Assembly (NCBI GenBank): GCA_963667175.2
Contig: CAXXXF010000016.1
Span: 352,001-416,000 of the forward strand
DNA: 64,000 bases
Direction: 5' to 3'
Source: Candidatus Latescibacterota bacterium
GTDB lineage: Bacteria; Latescibacterota; UBA2968; GCA-2709665
Shown: positions 20,322 through 33,064 of the stretch, piece after piece
Layout of the letters: each line of letters starts with the position of its first letter
How positions within the stretch are numbered: position 1 is the first letter of the stretch
Made by a program: the position numbers and the translations under genes
Notes under the pieces: model-generated
The model's database searches: none
The model's input: only the letters and a program-made list of their open reading frames with translations
What the model was told of the DNA's origin: nothing

Positions 20322-20385
20322 CGATCTTCATCTCCACGTGTGGGCCGCTTAAAAAGGCATCCGACTCACGGCAATGGCCGCCTGA

Positions 20386-20530
20386 CAGTCCGTTGTAAAA
20401 GTCGCTCTGCAGGCGAGGTATGGTGTCCCGTCCCGGAAATAGTTCGCCGTAATTCGGTCACAAGGGCCGGACGCCTGTCTGCGTGCGAACGCACAGGCAG
20501 GCAGCCCGGATGGACTTTATCAACGGGTTG
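20386..20530. mobile_element. MITE copy (same family as 43519-43678, opposite orientation)
   Basis: Ends CAGTCCGTTGTAAAAGTC and GACTTTATCAACGGGTTG; internal segments match the reverse complement of 43519-43678; carries a 28-bp hairpin insert at 20474-20501. Confidence 0.75.
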
Positions 20531-20703
20531 CTAAGGATACCAGGTACCGTAAGGATTGTCAAGAAATTCAACCTTCATCCTTCCCTCAACCCTTGCCGAG
20601 TCCGGGCCTGTGTTCCGGTTCGCGATCCGGCCGCGTCCCCGGTCCGGCCGTCAGGTGAAGGCCGCAAGCGCGCATTACCGACCTCAAATTCGGATATTCG
20701 GGT

Positions 20704-22431
20704 ATGAACCTCAGCTACTTTACGCTTCGGCGCCTGCGTCACGAACTGAACGAGACCCTGCCGGGTAAACGCGTCATGCGCGCCGTCCTATCAGGCACGC
20801 ACGAGCTCGTTGTCGAAACAGACCACGAGATACACCTGCTGCTTTCCGCCTCGCCCGCGACAGGCCGCCTCCAGCGGGTGGACCGCCTTCCCGAGCCCGC
20901 GCACCCCACGCCGCCCTGGGTCGAACACCACCTTTGCAACAGTGAGATCCTGGAGATCGCGCAGCTTCCGCTGGAGCGCATCCTCTCATTCGATCTGCGA
21001 AAACGCGACCGTATGGGTGGAGAACGCAGATATCGCCTGTACGTGGAACTGATCCACCGGTACAACAACGTCATCCTGACTTCTGAACCGGACGCGCGAA
21101 TATTGGGCGCACTTCGGCACGTCGGCGGGAAGAGGGACCGCCAGCGGCGTATTCTGCCGGGCGAACCCTATCGTCCTCCGCCCTCTCAGGATCGGATCTC
21201 ACCTCACGATCTCACGCCGGCCGATCTCGACGGCGCGATCCGGGAGCGCCAGGATCAGCCCGCCCGGACCCTGGCATCGGCCGTTGCCGGACTGGACGTC
21301 TCCACGGCCGAATCGCTGATTGCGGAAGCGGGCATTGAACCGAACACGGAAATGAACACCGATACCGTCGAACATCTGGTAGGCCGTATACGTGGCCTGT
21401 TCGAAAGGCCGCCCTTTCTGAATCGACCGCAGATACTGCGCTTGAAAGGTCACCCGGCAACCATCCGAACGCTGCTTCTTCCCCGCTGGCCGGGCGAGGT
21501 GGAACACGTGTGCGCCTCCGTCAGCGAAGCGATCGAACGCCTCGCCGCGATGGCGGAAAACCGGCAGCACCACGACGCAGGCCGGAAAGAGACCGTCGTG
21601 GCGCTGAACCGACGACGCGCAACTCTCGAGAGAAAGGTCGCGCGCATCCGGGCCGATCTGGACGACGCCGGTAATGCCGACCGCTACAGAAAGTACGGCC
21701 ATATCCTTATGGCCGGGCTTCACAGGATCCGCCCCGGAGACGCATCCGTTACCCTGCCCGACGTGTACGATCCGGCCGGGCCTCCCGCGACCATTCCCCT
21801 CAAGGCCAACAAACTGCCGCACGAGAATGCGGCCGCGTACCTGAAACGGAGCCGCAAGGCGGAGAAGGCACGCCCCATCCTTGCGCGACGCCTGGAATCC
21901 GCACAGGCGGAACTTGCAAGCGTGGAAGGCTTCCTGAAGCGGATGAAACAAGCCGGCGATCGGGACGAGGTGATGACGATTCGAAACGAACTGGCGGCGT
22001 CCGGGTGGCTCACAGAGCGCAGGCAGAAACCGTCGGCAGGCAGAAACGCGTCTGCGGAAGCGCATCCCAGAAGGTACCTGACCTCGGACGGCTGGACAAT
22101 TCTGGTGGGGCGAAACAACGCCGAGAACGATCGACTTACGAAAGGATCTGCGAAAGACGACCTTTTTTTCCATGCCCAGGGATGCCCGGGCTCACACGTT
22201 ATCCTCAAGCGTGACGGACGGCGACAGAAGCCATCTGACGCTGCATTGAAGGAAGCCGCGAGCCTGGCGGCCTACTGGAGCAAAGCGCGGCATTCGCGGA
22301 CGGTACCGGTGAATTGCACGGAGGTCCGATACGTGAGAAAACCCCGAGGCGCCTCCCCGGGGCTCGTCACAATCCAAAACGAAGTCACGCTGTTTGTCGC
22401 CCCCCGTCAGCTCAAGCGTACCGAGACGTAG
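20704..22431 (+). CDS. rqcH: Ribosome quality control protein RqcH / NFACT (FbpA-like)
   Basis: LERI...ELI...NVILT N-domain, coiled coil, VGRNNAEND, FHAQGCPGSHVI, VRKPRGASPGLV. Confidence 0.88.
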   Translation: MNLSYFTLRRLRHELNETLPGKRVMRAVLSGTHELVVETDHEIHLLLSASPATGRLQRVDRLPEPAHPTPPWVEHHLCNSEILEIAQLPLERILSFDLRKRDRMGGERRYRLYVELIHRYNNVILTSEPDARILGALRHVGGKRDRQRRILPGEPYRPPPSQDRISPHDLTPADLDGAIRERQDQPARTLASAVAGLDVSTAESLIAEAGIEPNTEMNTDTVEHLVGRIRGLFERPPFLNRPQILRLKGHPATIRTLLLPRWPGEVEHVCASVSEAIERLAAMAENRQHHDAGRKETVVALNRRRATLERKVARIRADLDDAGNADRYRKYGHILMAGLHRIRPGDASVTLPDVYDPAGPPATIPLKANKLPHENAAAYLKRSRKAEKARPILARRLESAQAELASVEGFLKRMKQAGDRDEVMTIRNELAASGWLTERRQKPSAGRNASAEAHPRRYLTSDGWTILVGRNNAENDRLTKGSAKDDLFFHAQGCPGSHVILKRDGRRQKPSDAALKEAASLAAYWSKARHSRTVPVNCTEVRYVRKPRGASPGLVTIQNEVTLFVAPRQLKRTET

Positions 22432-22449
22432 TGCCGTTCGCGAGGATTC

Positions 22450-23214
22450 CTACCAGACTTTCGTATAATATACCAGCCGGATCTGGCGATCGATTCCTTC
22501 CGACCGCTTGCCGTCTCGAAACAGATTCTTGACGTCCACTTCGAGATTCAGCCGCTCGGAGGGCATCCACCGTCCACCTACGTTCAATCTCCCTCTGCCC
22601 GAACCCAGCGAGTTGTCTTCGTTGTCATTGATCGCAAAGTCGTATTCCATCAATACGGCGAAAACGCGTTTCAGTTCGACGTCGGCGCCCACAAACCCCG
22701 AAATATCCCCATCTCCGTCTCCATCCTCGAGGCTACGATTCAATCCGGCGTGCAGTCCCATATCTCCTAGAGGAAATCCGTAGTTCTTGCTCGCCACCGC
22801 ATAGACGCCCTTGGACTTGACCGCATACCGTTTCAGTCCTTCGTCGTACTCCCCGTATCCCTGGGAGTGATACCCCATGGCAACAGCGGGAATCTTCATT
22901 TCCTCCTCGATCACCCGGACGCGTCCGGCCACCTCCAGGCGCGGATTCCACGCGGCCTCACGGCTGCCCACAAGATGCTGCCCCCCGAACGATACCCCGA
23001 TGCTGATCCGGTTGTGTGCGCCGATTTCGATCTGCGAGAGAATTCCGCTGTCGCCATACAATCGGAGATCCGCTGAAAGTCGGCCGGCCCGCAGCATGCC
23101 GGCAGTTGGCGCGTCCACCAGCCATCGGGGTACATTGCCCTGGGCATGCGCAGGAACGGAATACCCCCACCAGACGGCAATCAACAGCGACATCCACCCC
23201 GCGTGCCGTGTCAT
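22450..23214 (-). CDS. Secreted/outer-membrane beta-barrel-like hypothetical protein (YjbH-like)
   Basis: Signal peptide ending AHA, LVDAPTAGML motif, alternating beta-strand pattern, aromatic C-terminus. Confidence 0.55.
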   Translation of the reverse strand: MTRHAGWMSLLIAVWWGYSVPAHAQGNVPRWLVDAPTAGMLRAGRLSADLRLYGDSGILSQIEIGAHNRISIGVSFGGQHLVGSREAAWNPRLEVAGRVRVIEEEMKIPAVAMGYHSQGYGEYDEGLKRYAVKSKGVYAVASKNYGFPLGDMGLHAGLNRSLEDGDGDGDISGFVGADVELKRVFAVLMEYDFAINDNEDNSLGSGRGRLNVGGRWMPSERLNLEVDVKNLFRDGKRSEGIDRQIRLVYYTKVW

Positions 23215-23699
23215 GTGTCTTCTCCGTGGTCAAGCTTGAATCTGCGTAGACCGGATTCCGGTACGTCTATCCGGATGCTCAACGCCCGCGGAGGCAGCAG
23301 GGATCCCGCGCGCTCCGCCCATTCGATCAGGCAGATGCCGTTACCTGAAAGATAGTCGTCCCACCCGAGGTCGATGAGCGACTCGACGTCCGGCAGCCTG
23401 TACAGATCGAAGTGGTAGACGGATATCGGACGCAATGCGGCGTCGTGGCCGCGGTACTCATTCACCAGAATAAACGTGGGACTGGTCACCCGGTCCGAGA
23501 CTTTCAACCCTTCACAGATGCCCTGCGCAAGGCAGGTCTTGCCGCTGCCGAGTTCTCCGATCAGTCCGACACAGTCACCCCGGCGCAAACGTACGGACAA
23601 CTCCCTTCCGAACGCTCGTGTCTGGTCCGGCGACGCGGACTTGAACTCTTCGCCAGGGTCCCGTCCCAAAATTACCTCACCATTCTTCCGCCGATTCAT
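23211..23699 (-). CDS. tsaE: tRNA threonylcarbamoyladenosine biosynthesis ATPase
   Basis: GELGSGKT, VTSPTF, HFDLYRL, IEWAE. Confidence 0.95.
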   Translation of the reverse strand: MNRRKNGEVILGRDPGEEFKSASPDQTRAFGRELSVRLRRGDCVGLIGELGSGKTCLAQGICEGLKVSDRVTSPTFILVNEYRGHDAALRPISVYHFDLYRLPDVESLIDLGWDDYLSGNGICLIEWAERAGSLLPPRALSIRIDVPESGLRRFKLDHGEDT

Positions 23700-23890
23700 C
23701 CCGTCTGTTGACGTTGCTCGCGCTGAGCTTGTCGAAGTGCCATTGCTCGCCGACCTGACACAGGTCGGTGGCGCCTTGCGAGCCGGGCGACTCGACGGCC
23801 GTCTTCAGGCAACTCATTTCCGGGGCGGAACACTTGAGTTCTGCATCCGGATATTCTGGGACGGCGGGGATTCCGGGCAGGCGCCTCCGG

Positions 23891-25456
23891 CTATTTGCCC
23901 CTCAGAACCGCAACCGGCAGGACCATCTCTTCGAGGGATATGCCGCCGTGCTGGAAACTGTTCGCGTAATATCGCTGGTATTCGTTGAATTTCGTGGGAT
24001 AGACGAAATAGTAGTCCTCCCGCGAAATGATGTACGTGGTACCCATCCCCAGATCAGGCAGGCGATAGACATGCGGATCCGCGACGTAAACCGCGTGCCG
24101 GGCGTCGCACCGAAGGTGTTTGCCGTATTTGTATCGGAGATTGGTGGACGTATCGCGGTTTCCGTGCGCGACGGTCGCCCGGGTACTCATCACGCAGCCG
24201 TGGTCGGTTGTCAAGACCACGGTGGTATCTGTTTCGGCCAGCTTTCGCAACATTTCAAACAACGATGAATGGGAAAACCAGGACCGGCTCAACGACCGAT
24301 AGGCGGACTCGTTTGGCGCCATTTCTTTCAGAATATCCGATTCCGACCTCCCATGCGCCAGAATATCCAGGAAATTGAACACCACCGACATCAGGGGAAA
24401 GGACCGGTACGAATGCACCTTTTTGACGAGATGATTGCCCTCCGCGATGTCCAGCACCTTCACGTACCGGGTGTCCAGCGTCAGCGTGGGATCGAGTTCC
24501 TGAATCTGGTGATCGAGGAGCTGGTGCTCGTGCCGGTTTCGGCTGTTGTCGTCGTCCCAGCCCGAACGCCACTCCTGCGGATACAACCTGGCGACGTCGC
24601 TGGGGAAAAGACCGCTGAAAATGGCGTTTCTCGAATAGGGCGTGGCCGTAGGGAGAATGGAGTAATGGTAATGTTGCTCAATATTGAATAGTTCGGACAG
24701 GAGTGGTGCGATTGCCAGCCAGTGATCCAGTCTCATACAGTCCACAACCACGAAGAATACCTGATGACCCTCCTGAAGCGCGGGCAATACGAACTCGCTC
24801 ACCACGTCGACGGATAACACGGGAGAATCCATATCGTCCTGGAGCCAATTGGGATAATTGGCTTCCACGAAGCGTCCGAACGCCCGGTTGCACGCCCGCC
24901 GCAAGTCCTCATGCATCTTTCTCAGCCCGGCGTCGTAAAACCGGTCCAATTCCAGGTCCCACTCGGATAGCTTCACATGGATATCGATCCAATCCTGCCA
25001 GGTCGATTCGCCTGCCATCAAGGCACGGATTCGATTCGACACGGCGGCGTAATCCAGCCCCATTCGCCCCGTCACAATCTGGCGTGCATCGAGCAGCTTT
25101 TTGCAAGCCGAAAGAATCTGGCTGGGATTCACAGGTTTGGTCAGATAATCGTCGATCCGGTGGCCCAGCGCTTCCTCCATCAGGCGCTCCTCTTCATTCT
25201 TCGTTATCATGATGACGGGGATGTCGGGGTTGATTTCCTTGATCATTGCAAGCGTGGAAAGCCCGCCTCGACCCGCCATCATTTCATCCAGAAGGACGAT
25301 GTCGAAACCCCGTTGCTTCACCATAGCGATGGCGTCGTCCCCGTTCGTCACAGGCGTGACTTTATAGCCGCGTGAACCGAGAAACATCGTATGCGACCTC
25401 AAGAGGTCGATTTCGTCGTCTGCCCACAGAACCTGCTTTTCTTTCATGGCGTTCAT
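23891..25456 (-). CDS. PorX-like response regulator (REC + PglZ/alkaline-phosphatase domain)
   Basis: WADDEIDLL, LLDEMM, MITKNEEE, DYLTKPVNPSQI, SILPTATPYSRNAIFSG, TTDHG, FQHGGISLEEM. Confidence 0.88.
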   Translation of the reverse strand: MNAMKEKQVLWADDEIDLLRSHTMFLGSRGYKVTPVTNGDDAIAMVKQRGFDIVLLDEMMAGRGGLSTLAMIKEINPDIPVIMITKNEEERLMEEALGHRIDDYLTKPVNPSQILSACKKLLDARQIVTGRMGLDYAAVSNRIRALMAGESTWQDWIDIHVKLSEWDLELDRFYDAGLRKMHEDLRRACNRAFGRFVEANYPNWLQDDMDSPVLSVDVVSEFVLPALQEGHQVFFVVVDCMRLDHWLAIAPLLSELFNIEQHYHYSILPTATPYSRNAIFSGLFPSDVARLYPQEWRSGWDDDNSRNRHEHQLLDHQIQELDPTLTLDTRYVKVLDIAEGNHLVKKVHSYRSFPLMSVVFNFLDILAHGRSESDILKEMAPNESAYRSLSRSWFSHSSLFEMLRKLAETDTTVVLTTDHGCVMSTRATVAHGNRDTSTNLRYKYGKHLRCDARHAVYVADPHVYRLPDLGMGTTYIISREDYYFVYPTKFNEYQRYYANSFQHGGISLEEMVLPVAVLRGK

Positions 25457-26808
25457 GCTCCGGGCCGTTGAGACGCCTTCCGATCATCCTCCGGCCTCAC
25501 GGGTAGTGAGATGAGGAACGTAGTACCCATTCCCGGCAGACTTTCCTGTACGGAAATCCTGCCGCGGTGATAGTCTTCGACAATCCGCTTGACGAAGGCC
25601 AGCCCCAGTCCCCAACCCCGGTCCTTCGTACTGTAGCCGGGGAGAAAGACCTGCTTGATCAGATGGGGCTGAATCCCTTTGCCATTGTCCCGAACCCGGA
25701 CGTCCACCCACTCGCCCTCCGACCGGACGTCCGCTGAGATTTCGATCTTCCCGCCCTTGCCTTCCATGGCGTCAGCGGCGTTCTTGAACAGGTTTTCGAA
25801 TGCCCAGCCCAACAACTGCCGATTCAACGGAACCGGTGGAACGTCGTAGTCGCGCTGTACGATCTGAACCTCCCGCGAGAGCCGGCCGCGCAGATAGGAT
25901 GCCGTCTCCTCGACCACGCGGCGAAGGTCCTCGAGACGAAGCTCGGGAGTGGAGCCGATCAGGCTGAAACGGGAGACGATCTTGTTCAACCGGCTGGTAT
26001 CCTCCTCCATCGCGACCACGATCTGGTCGAACCGCCTGCGCGTGTCATCATCCACCGGACCCGACGAATGCTCGAGTTCCGTTTTCATCAACTCGATCCA
26101 GCCGTAAAGCGAGGAGAGCGGCGTGCCGAGCTGGTGGGCGGTCTCGCGGGCCATCCCGATCCAGATCGACCGCTGCTCGCTGTTTTTCAGATTGCGAAAA
26201 CCGAGATAGCCCACGCCGACAAAGAGCGCCGTTACGCAAAGCGCAACCCAGGGAAGCCACGCCAACCGCCGTACCAGGGGTGAGTCGCCATAGTGCAGCA
26301 CGCGCGGGCCGATCTGCGGGATTTCAAACGAATACGGCGGATTCTCGTTATCCAGGCGCCGAACGATCCGTTCCATCTGTTTCCGGTCGTCGGGACCGAG
26401 GTCGCCCGGGTTGCCCTGCGGTATCTCGATCGCTTTCCACATATGGGGTTCGCCGTTCTCACCGGTAATGACCACGGGGAAATTGGCGTTCTTTATGGTC
26501 TGAAAGATAGAATTGACGTCAAGGTCTCTGACAACCACGGTATCCTGGGTGGCCATCCCGTAGAAGAAAGCCAGCCGCTTGATAATGTCGCGCGAATCCC
26601 GACGCATCGGATCCACAACGAAGATCTGCATATAGACCAGAAACGCCAGGATTATGACCGTTGCGGCCAGAAACAGATAAGCTCCCAGGCTGTACGAACT
26701 CTGAAGGCCCACCCTCAGCCGGCCCTTTCGTACCACCGGCGCGCCCATGGGCCCCAGGTACAACGGACCTCCTGTTCGACCTGTGAGATCCCTTGTTTCC
26801 GCGCCCAT
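25453..26808 (-). CDS. Membrane sensor histidine kinase (PorY-like partner)
   Basis: Two TM segments, W.GMARETAHQLGTPLSSL H-box, ENLFKNA, DNGKG, GWGLGL; start uncertain. Confidence 0.88.
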   Translation of the reverse strand: MGAETRDLTGRTGGPLYLGPMGAPVVRKGRLRVGLQSSYSLGAYLFLAATVIILAFLVYMQIFVVDPMRRDSRDIIKRLAFFYGMATQDTVVVRDLDVNSIFQTIKNANFPVVITGENGEPHMWKAIEIPQGNPGDLGPDDRKQMERIVRRLDNENPPYSFEIPQIGPRVLHYGDSPLVRRLAWLPWVALCVTALFVGVGYLGFRNLKNSEQRSIWIGMARETAHQLGTPLSSLYGWIELMKTELEHSSGPVDDDTRRRFDQIVVAMEEDTSRLNKIVSRFSLIGSTPELRLEDLRRVVEETASYLRGRLSREVQIVQRDYDVPPVPLNRQLLGWAFENLFKNAADAMEGKGGKIEISADVRSEGEWVDVRVRDNGKGIQPHLIKQVFLPGYSTKDRGWGLGLAFVKRIVEDYHRGRISVQESLPGMGTTFLISLPVRPEDDRKASQRPGA

Positions 26809-27228
26809 CGCCGGAGCTCCCTTCTCATAACTCAACGTCTTGGGTATCGTTAAGTTCCGTACCATTCCCCGGACGCCGGCAGCGGATCCGAACTCGCGCG
26901 AACCGGCATATGAACCGCCGGTTTCGATCTTCCGTGGCGGAACCAAATGGAAAGTATCTATAACCGGCCATTCACACAGGAGAATTGCGTCTGTAGAGCG
27001 GTACGGAACGGCAAACGGACGCACAGAGAGTATACGTATTTTGCAAGCATCCAGTCAACCAAAGAAAAAGCGTTTGCATTATCTCTTTCGTATATATATA
27101 TTTGGAATCACTAATTTCCTGGAAGACGCGGCAGGCGCACGGGAACCCGGGTCGGCGTTCGGTCGTCGGATCCTTCGGCGTGGCACTGCCGGTTTGTACA
27201 GGAATACGGAAAGGAGGGAGTCCAGCTT

Positions 27229-27426
27229 ATGGCCAGGGTTGTGGTGAGAGATGACGAGCCCTTTGAAAAAGCACTGAAGAGGTTCAAGAAGACCTGCGAA
27301 AAAGCAGGAATAATGACGGAGATGAAAAAGCATCAGCATTTCGAGAAACCCAGCGAGCGCAGGAAGCGAAAAATCGCGGCCGCAAAGCGGAAGCGCATGA
27401 AATTCGAAACGCGATTCAACCAATAA
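27229..27426 (+). CDS. rpsU: 30S ribosomal protein S21
   Basis: EPFEKALKRFKK...HFEKPSERRKRK; strong RBS. Confidence 0.96.
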   Translation: MARVVVRDDEPFEKALKRFKKTCEKAGIMTEMKKHQHFEKPSERRKRKIAAAKRKRMKFETRFNQ

Positions 27427-27575
27427 TTCAAATCTATGGGTACAGCAACGACAACCGCACCGATTCGCCTTCGGATGCGGTTGTATTTTTTCCGTCTCAT
27501 CACTGAGGTCGATGTTTTCTGTTAAAGACATCCCCGGACACCAGGTTTTTTCTTCCGGGCAAGCGGGAGGATCGA

Positions 27576-28214
27576 ATGAACACGGTCGACATGATCTTGC
27601 TGGTTGCGCTCGGCTGGATGGTTATCAGAGGGTGCGGCATGGGCTTGGTTCGCAGCCTGATCGGCCTGCTAAGCTTCGTGCTGGCGTTCGGACTTGCCCT
27701 GGCTTACGGCGGTACGGTATCGCATTGGATTGCGGGTGAGAACGCCGGCCCTGGCCCGGTCATGCTCGGTTTCTTCGGAGTATTTGTATCCATCCTTATC
27801 GCCTGCCACCACGTCGGACGCATTCTGGACAGCCTGCTTGAAGCCACGCCGTTCGGCATTTTGAATACCCTTGGCGGCGGTGCGCTCGGACTGGGGCGAG
27901 GGCTGCTTGTTCTCGGTTTGCTGGTCACGTTGCTGCAGGCCTATCCCTTTCACGCCACGGTAAAAACGCAATTGGACGATTCCGCGCTCGCTCGACCCGT
28001 AAAACAGGCCTTCGTCGTCTTGATGGACGTCGTGAAAGCCGGAGTACCTCAGGCAACCAAGTTGTACCGTTACCTCCTTCCGCAAAGTCCCGAGTCGTCA
28101 ATCCATCCGCTCGTCGACGATGTGACCGAGAAGGCGGGCAGGGCCGGATCCAAGTTGAAGGGACTCATTGAGGACGCTCGTGAGAGAGAGAAGGAAAACC
28201 ATACGGCCCCATAG
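27576..28214 (+). CDS. cvpA: CvpA (colicin V production) family membrane protein
   Basis: MNTVDMILL...G..MGLVR, LGGGALGLGRG, SAL.P; typically upstream of mutS2. Confidence 0.8.
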   Translation: MNTVDMILLVALGWMVIRGCGMGLVRSLIGLLSFVLAFGLALAYGGTVSHWIAGENAGPGPVMLGFFGVFVSILIACHHVGRILDSLLEATPFGILNTLGGGALGLGRGLLVLGLLVTLLQAYPFHATVKTQLDDSALARPVKQAFVVLMDVVKAGVPQATKLYRYLLPQSPESSIHPLVDDVTEKAGRAGSKLKGLIEDAREREKENHTAP

Positions 28215-28499
28215 TCGGACGCGCAAACCGTAAGACACGCCCGTCGGCAGCACCATGCCGTGGCGCGGTCGGATGGACGAATCGGTCCCCGCGCAGACAC
28301 AACGCGCGCGAGCGTTGCGCAGACCTCCGGATCTGTATTCCACGTCGCGTCTCCGATTTGCACGGATATCTTCGCTTCGCCAGGTAATGCATCCGTGTTT
28401 GACGGTCGATTCGATGAAAACGGAATTCAGGGACCTGCCCGCCCACACCGCCCCCTCCCGGATGACCTGAATCCGATTTTCGATCCGCGATCCCACCCC

Positions 28500-30872
28500 A
28501 TGACCGTTTCCACGAAGACGCTTCAGAACCTCGAGTTCGATAAGATTCTCGGCCTTATCACAAAACGTGCCGTTTCCGTTTCGGGTCGAGACGAGGTCGA
28601 AAGTCTCGCTCCGACTGACAATCCTGATCACATTGAAGGCCGGGTCCGTCCTGTAATCGAAGCCATGAACCTGATCGCCTATGACGATCCCGTACCAATC
28701 GGGCGCATGCCCGACATTCGCGCCGCGGCGAATAACGCCTCCGTACCGGGTACGACGCTCGCCGTCACCGAATTGATTCAGATCGATGAAATCGCCCGCA
28801 TGTCCCGCCGCCTTCTCGGATATTTTCTCAAGCGGAAGGCGAAATATCCCCGGCTCCACGCACTCGCGACAGGGTTGTCCACCCACCCCGAACTGGAAGC
28901 CCGCATTCACCGCGCCATCGACCCCGCTACGGAAACCGTCAAGGATTCCGCAAGTACGGAATTGAGGCGGCTCCGACGAAGCCTGGAAAGAACCCGGTCG
29001 GGCATCCGCAGTTCCGTTGAGAGCATCCTTAACCGGCTCCCCGACGACGTGTTGCAGGAACGACTGATTACGATCCGGAACGGCCGCTTCGTCATCCCGG
29101 TTCGGGAAAACCAGAAACACCGGATGGATGGCCTCGTGCATGATCAGTCGGCCAGCGGCGCCACGCTCTTCGTCGAACCTATGGCCACGCTGGCGCTCAA
29201 CAACCGGCTGCGGCAACTCGAACTGGCCGAACAACAGGAGGTAAAACGCGTCCTTCAGGAACTTACCCGCGGCGTGGGCGAGGTCAGCGGGAGCCTTTTG
29301 GAAAACCTGCGTATTCTGGGAAGATTCGATGCCGTATTCGCGAAGGCCGGCTTTTCACGCGAACTGAAGTGCAGTGAGCCCGTATTCAACCGGGATGGAC
29401 GCCTCGAACTCCACGAGGCACGGCATCCCCTTCTCGTCGACCGCCTGCGCGACGAGAACCGGTCCGATGCCATCGTCCCGCTCGGCCTCGCAATGGACAA
29501 CGACGGCATTCGCACGCTCGTGCTGACCGGGCCGAACGCAGGCGGCAAGACCGTGGCCCTGAAGACCGTCGGCCTGCTTGCGCTGATGGCACAGGCCGGC
29601 CTGCCCGTGCCGACAGCTGAACATTCGCAGTTTCCGATCTTCAACGGCGTCTTTTCGGACATTGGCGATGCTCAGTCCATCGAGAACGATCTCAGCACGT
29701 TCTCCTCTCACGTGTCGAATCTGGTTGAGGTTACGAATCACGCCGAAGCCCGCTCCCTCGTCCTTCTCGACGAAGTCGGCGCCAGTACCGATCCCGACCA
29801 GGGCGCCGCCCTGGCAATGGCCCTCCTGAGTACACTCACCAGACGGGGCTGCCTTACGGTGGCGACAACCCATCACGGCGCCCTCAAGGCCTTTGCCCAC
29901 CGCACGGACGGGATGGCCAACGGCTCGATGGCGTTCGACGCGGCCACCCTGACCCCGACCTTCCAGCTTCGTCTCAATACGCCCGGAAGCAGTTACGCCT
30001 TTGAAATCGCCCGCCGGCTTCAGATGCCGTCCGACGTCGTCGACGAAGCCCGGCGCATCGCGGGAAGCGATATCGGCCGTCTGGAAGCCCTCATCGCGGA
30101 TCTCGACGATACGTACCACCATTATAACGAAGAACTGGAACGAGCGCAGTCCATCCGGGGTGAAGTGGAACGCATGAAGGCGGAATACAGCAGCCGCCTC
30201 GAGGACGTGGACCGGCGTGAACGCGCGCTCAAACGCAACGCGGAGGAGGAAGCCGGACGGATTCTGGACGGCGCCAACGCCCTGATCGAACGCACCGTTT
30301 CCGAACTCAGGCGGCGCAACGCGGACAGGGACTCGATCAAGAAAGCCCGGGCTGAAGTGGCGCAGGCCAGACGCGACCTGACCGATCCGGTCGAGGCGCC
30401 GGCAGCGGCTCTGCCGACGCTCGAACCCGGAAGCCGGGTGCGAGTGCGCAGTCTCGGAAAAGAGGGGACCGTGGCGGCCGGACGGAACGAAGGCTCGCGG
30501 GTATCGGTCGAAGTCGGGAACGTGCGCCTGCAGGTGCAGCGGACGGACCTCGAACCCCTGGAATCCGCCGGCGAGCCGCCTTCCGTGGCAGCCCGCTACG
30601 GACTCACCGCGCCGGACCGTGTCGCCGCCGAAGTGGACTTGAGAGGCATGACCGTGGAAGAGGCCGTTGAAGCCGTCGACAAATACGTCGACGAACTCTA
30701 CCTGGCCGGAATGGAACACGCTAAGGTGATTCACGGGAAAGGCACGGGCGCCCTGCGCAGGGCCATCGGTATCCACCTCCGGCGCCACGAACTCGTCAAG
30801 TCACAGCGTCTCGGACTGCACAACGAGGGCGGCGCCGGCGTCACGGTCATCACGCTCGAGCTGGATTCCTGA
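28500..30872 (+). CDS. mutS2: Endonuclease MutS2 (RqcU)
   Basis: LEFDKI start, HDQSASGATLFVEP, TGPNAGGKT, DIGDAQSI, LDEVGASTDP, C-terminal Smr domain IHGKGTGAL. Confidence 0.95.
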   Translation: MTVSTKTLQNLEFDKILGLITKRAVSVSGRDEVESLAPTDNPDHIEGRVRPVIEAMNLIAYDDPVPIGRMPDIRAAANNASVPGTTLAVTELIQIDEIARMSRRLLGYFLKRKAKYPRLHALATGLSTHPELEARIHRAIDPATETVKDSASTELRRLRRSLERTRSGIRSSVESILNRLPDDVLQERLITIRNGRFVIPVRENQKHRMDGLVHDQSASGATLFVEPMATLALNNRLRQLELAEQQEVKRVLQELTRGVGEVSGSLLENLRILGRFDAVFAKAGFSRELKCSEPVFNRDGRLELHEARHPLLVDRLRDENRSDAIVPLGLAMDNDGIRTLVLTGPNAGGKTVALKTVGLLALMAQAGLPVPTAEHSQFPIFNGVFSDIGDAQSIENDLSTFSSHVSNLVEVTNHAEARSLVLLDEVGASTDPDQGAALAMALLSTLTRRGCLTVATTHHGALKAFAHRTDGMANGSMAFDAATLTPTFQLRLNTPGSSYAFEIARRLQMPSDVVDEARRIAGSDIGRLEALIADLDDTYHHYNEELERAQSIRGEVERMKAEYSSRLEDVDRRERALKRNAEEEAGRILDGANALIERTVSELRRRNADRDSIKKARAEVAQARRDLTDPVEAPAAALPTLEPGSRVRVRSLGKEGTVAAGRNEGSRVSVEVGNVRLQVQRTDLEPLESAGEPPSVAARYGLTAPDRVAAEVDLRGMTVEEAVEAVDKYVDELYLAGMEHAKVIHGKGTGALRRAIGIHLRRHELVKSQRLGLHNEGGAGVTVITLELDS

Positions 30873-30923
30873 GTGTGAACGCGGACGTCATACGCCAGTA
30901 CGCGGCAACCGCGCCCGAGCCGT

Positions 30924-30952
30924 TTGACACCTCATCCAGATTCGTCTATATT
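30924..30952 (+). promoter_or_regulatory. Near-consensus sigma70 promoter for ispG
   Basis: TTGACA-17 bp-TATATT, 58 bp before the ispG start. Confidence 0.6.
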
Positions 30953-31009
30953 AAAACCGATCCCAATACAAGCTCCTTTCCTTATTCTCCTTTCGCCTGA
31001 ATCCGTCCC

Positions 31010-32950
<1,941 letters not shown>

Positions 32951-33064
32951 ACGCCGGACGCGCTCCAGCTGACGATCCACGTTTCCTCCAACCCGCGTTC
33001 GCGCATCAACCATCGCGTTGCGTCTCCGACACCCCCGATTTTCTAGCCGCTCGGGAAACCGGCG

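Noticed and set aside
23716-23740. GCTGAGCTTGTCGAAG REP-like half site
   Set aside because: Single copy without a matching arm in the window; insufficient support.
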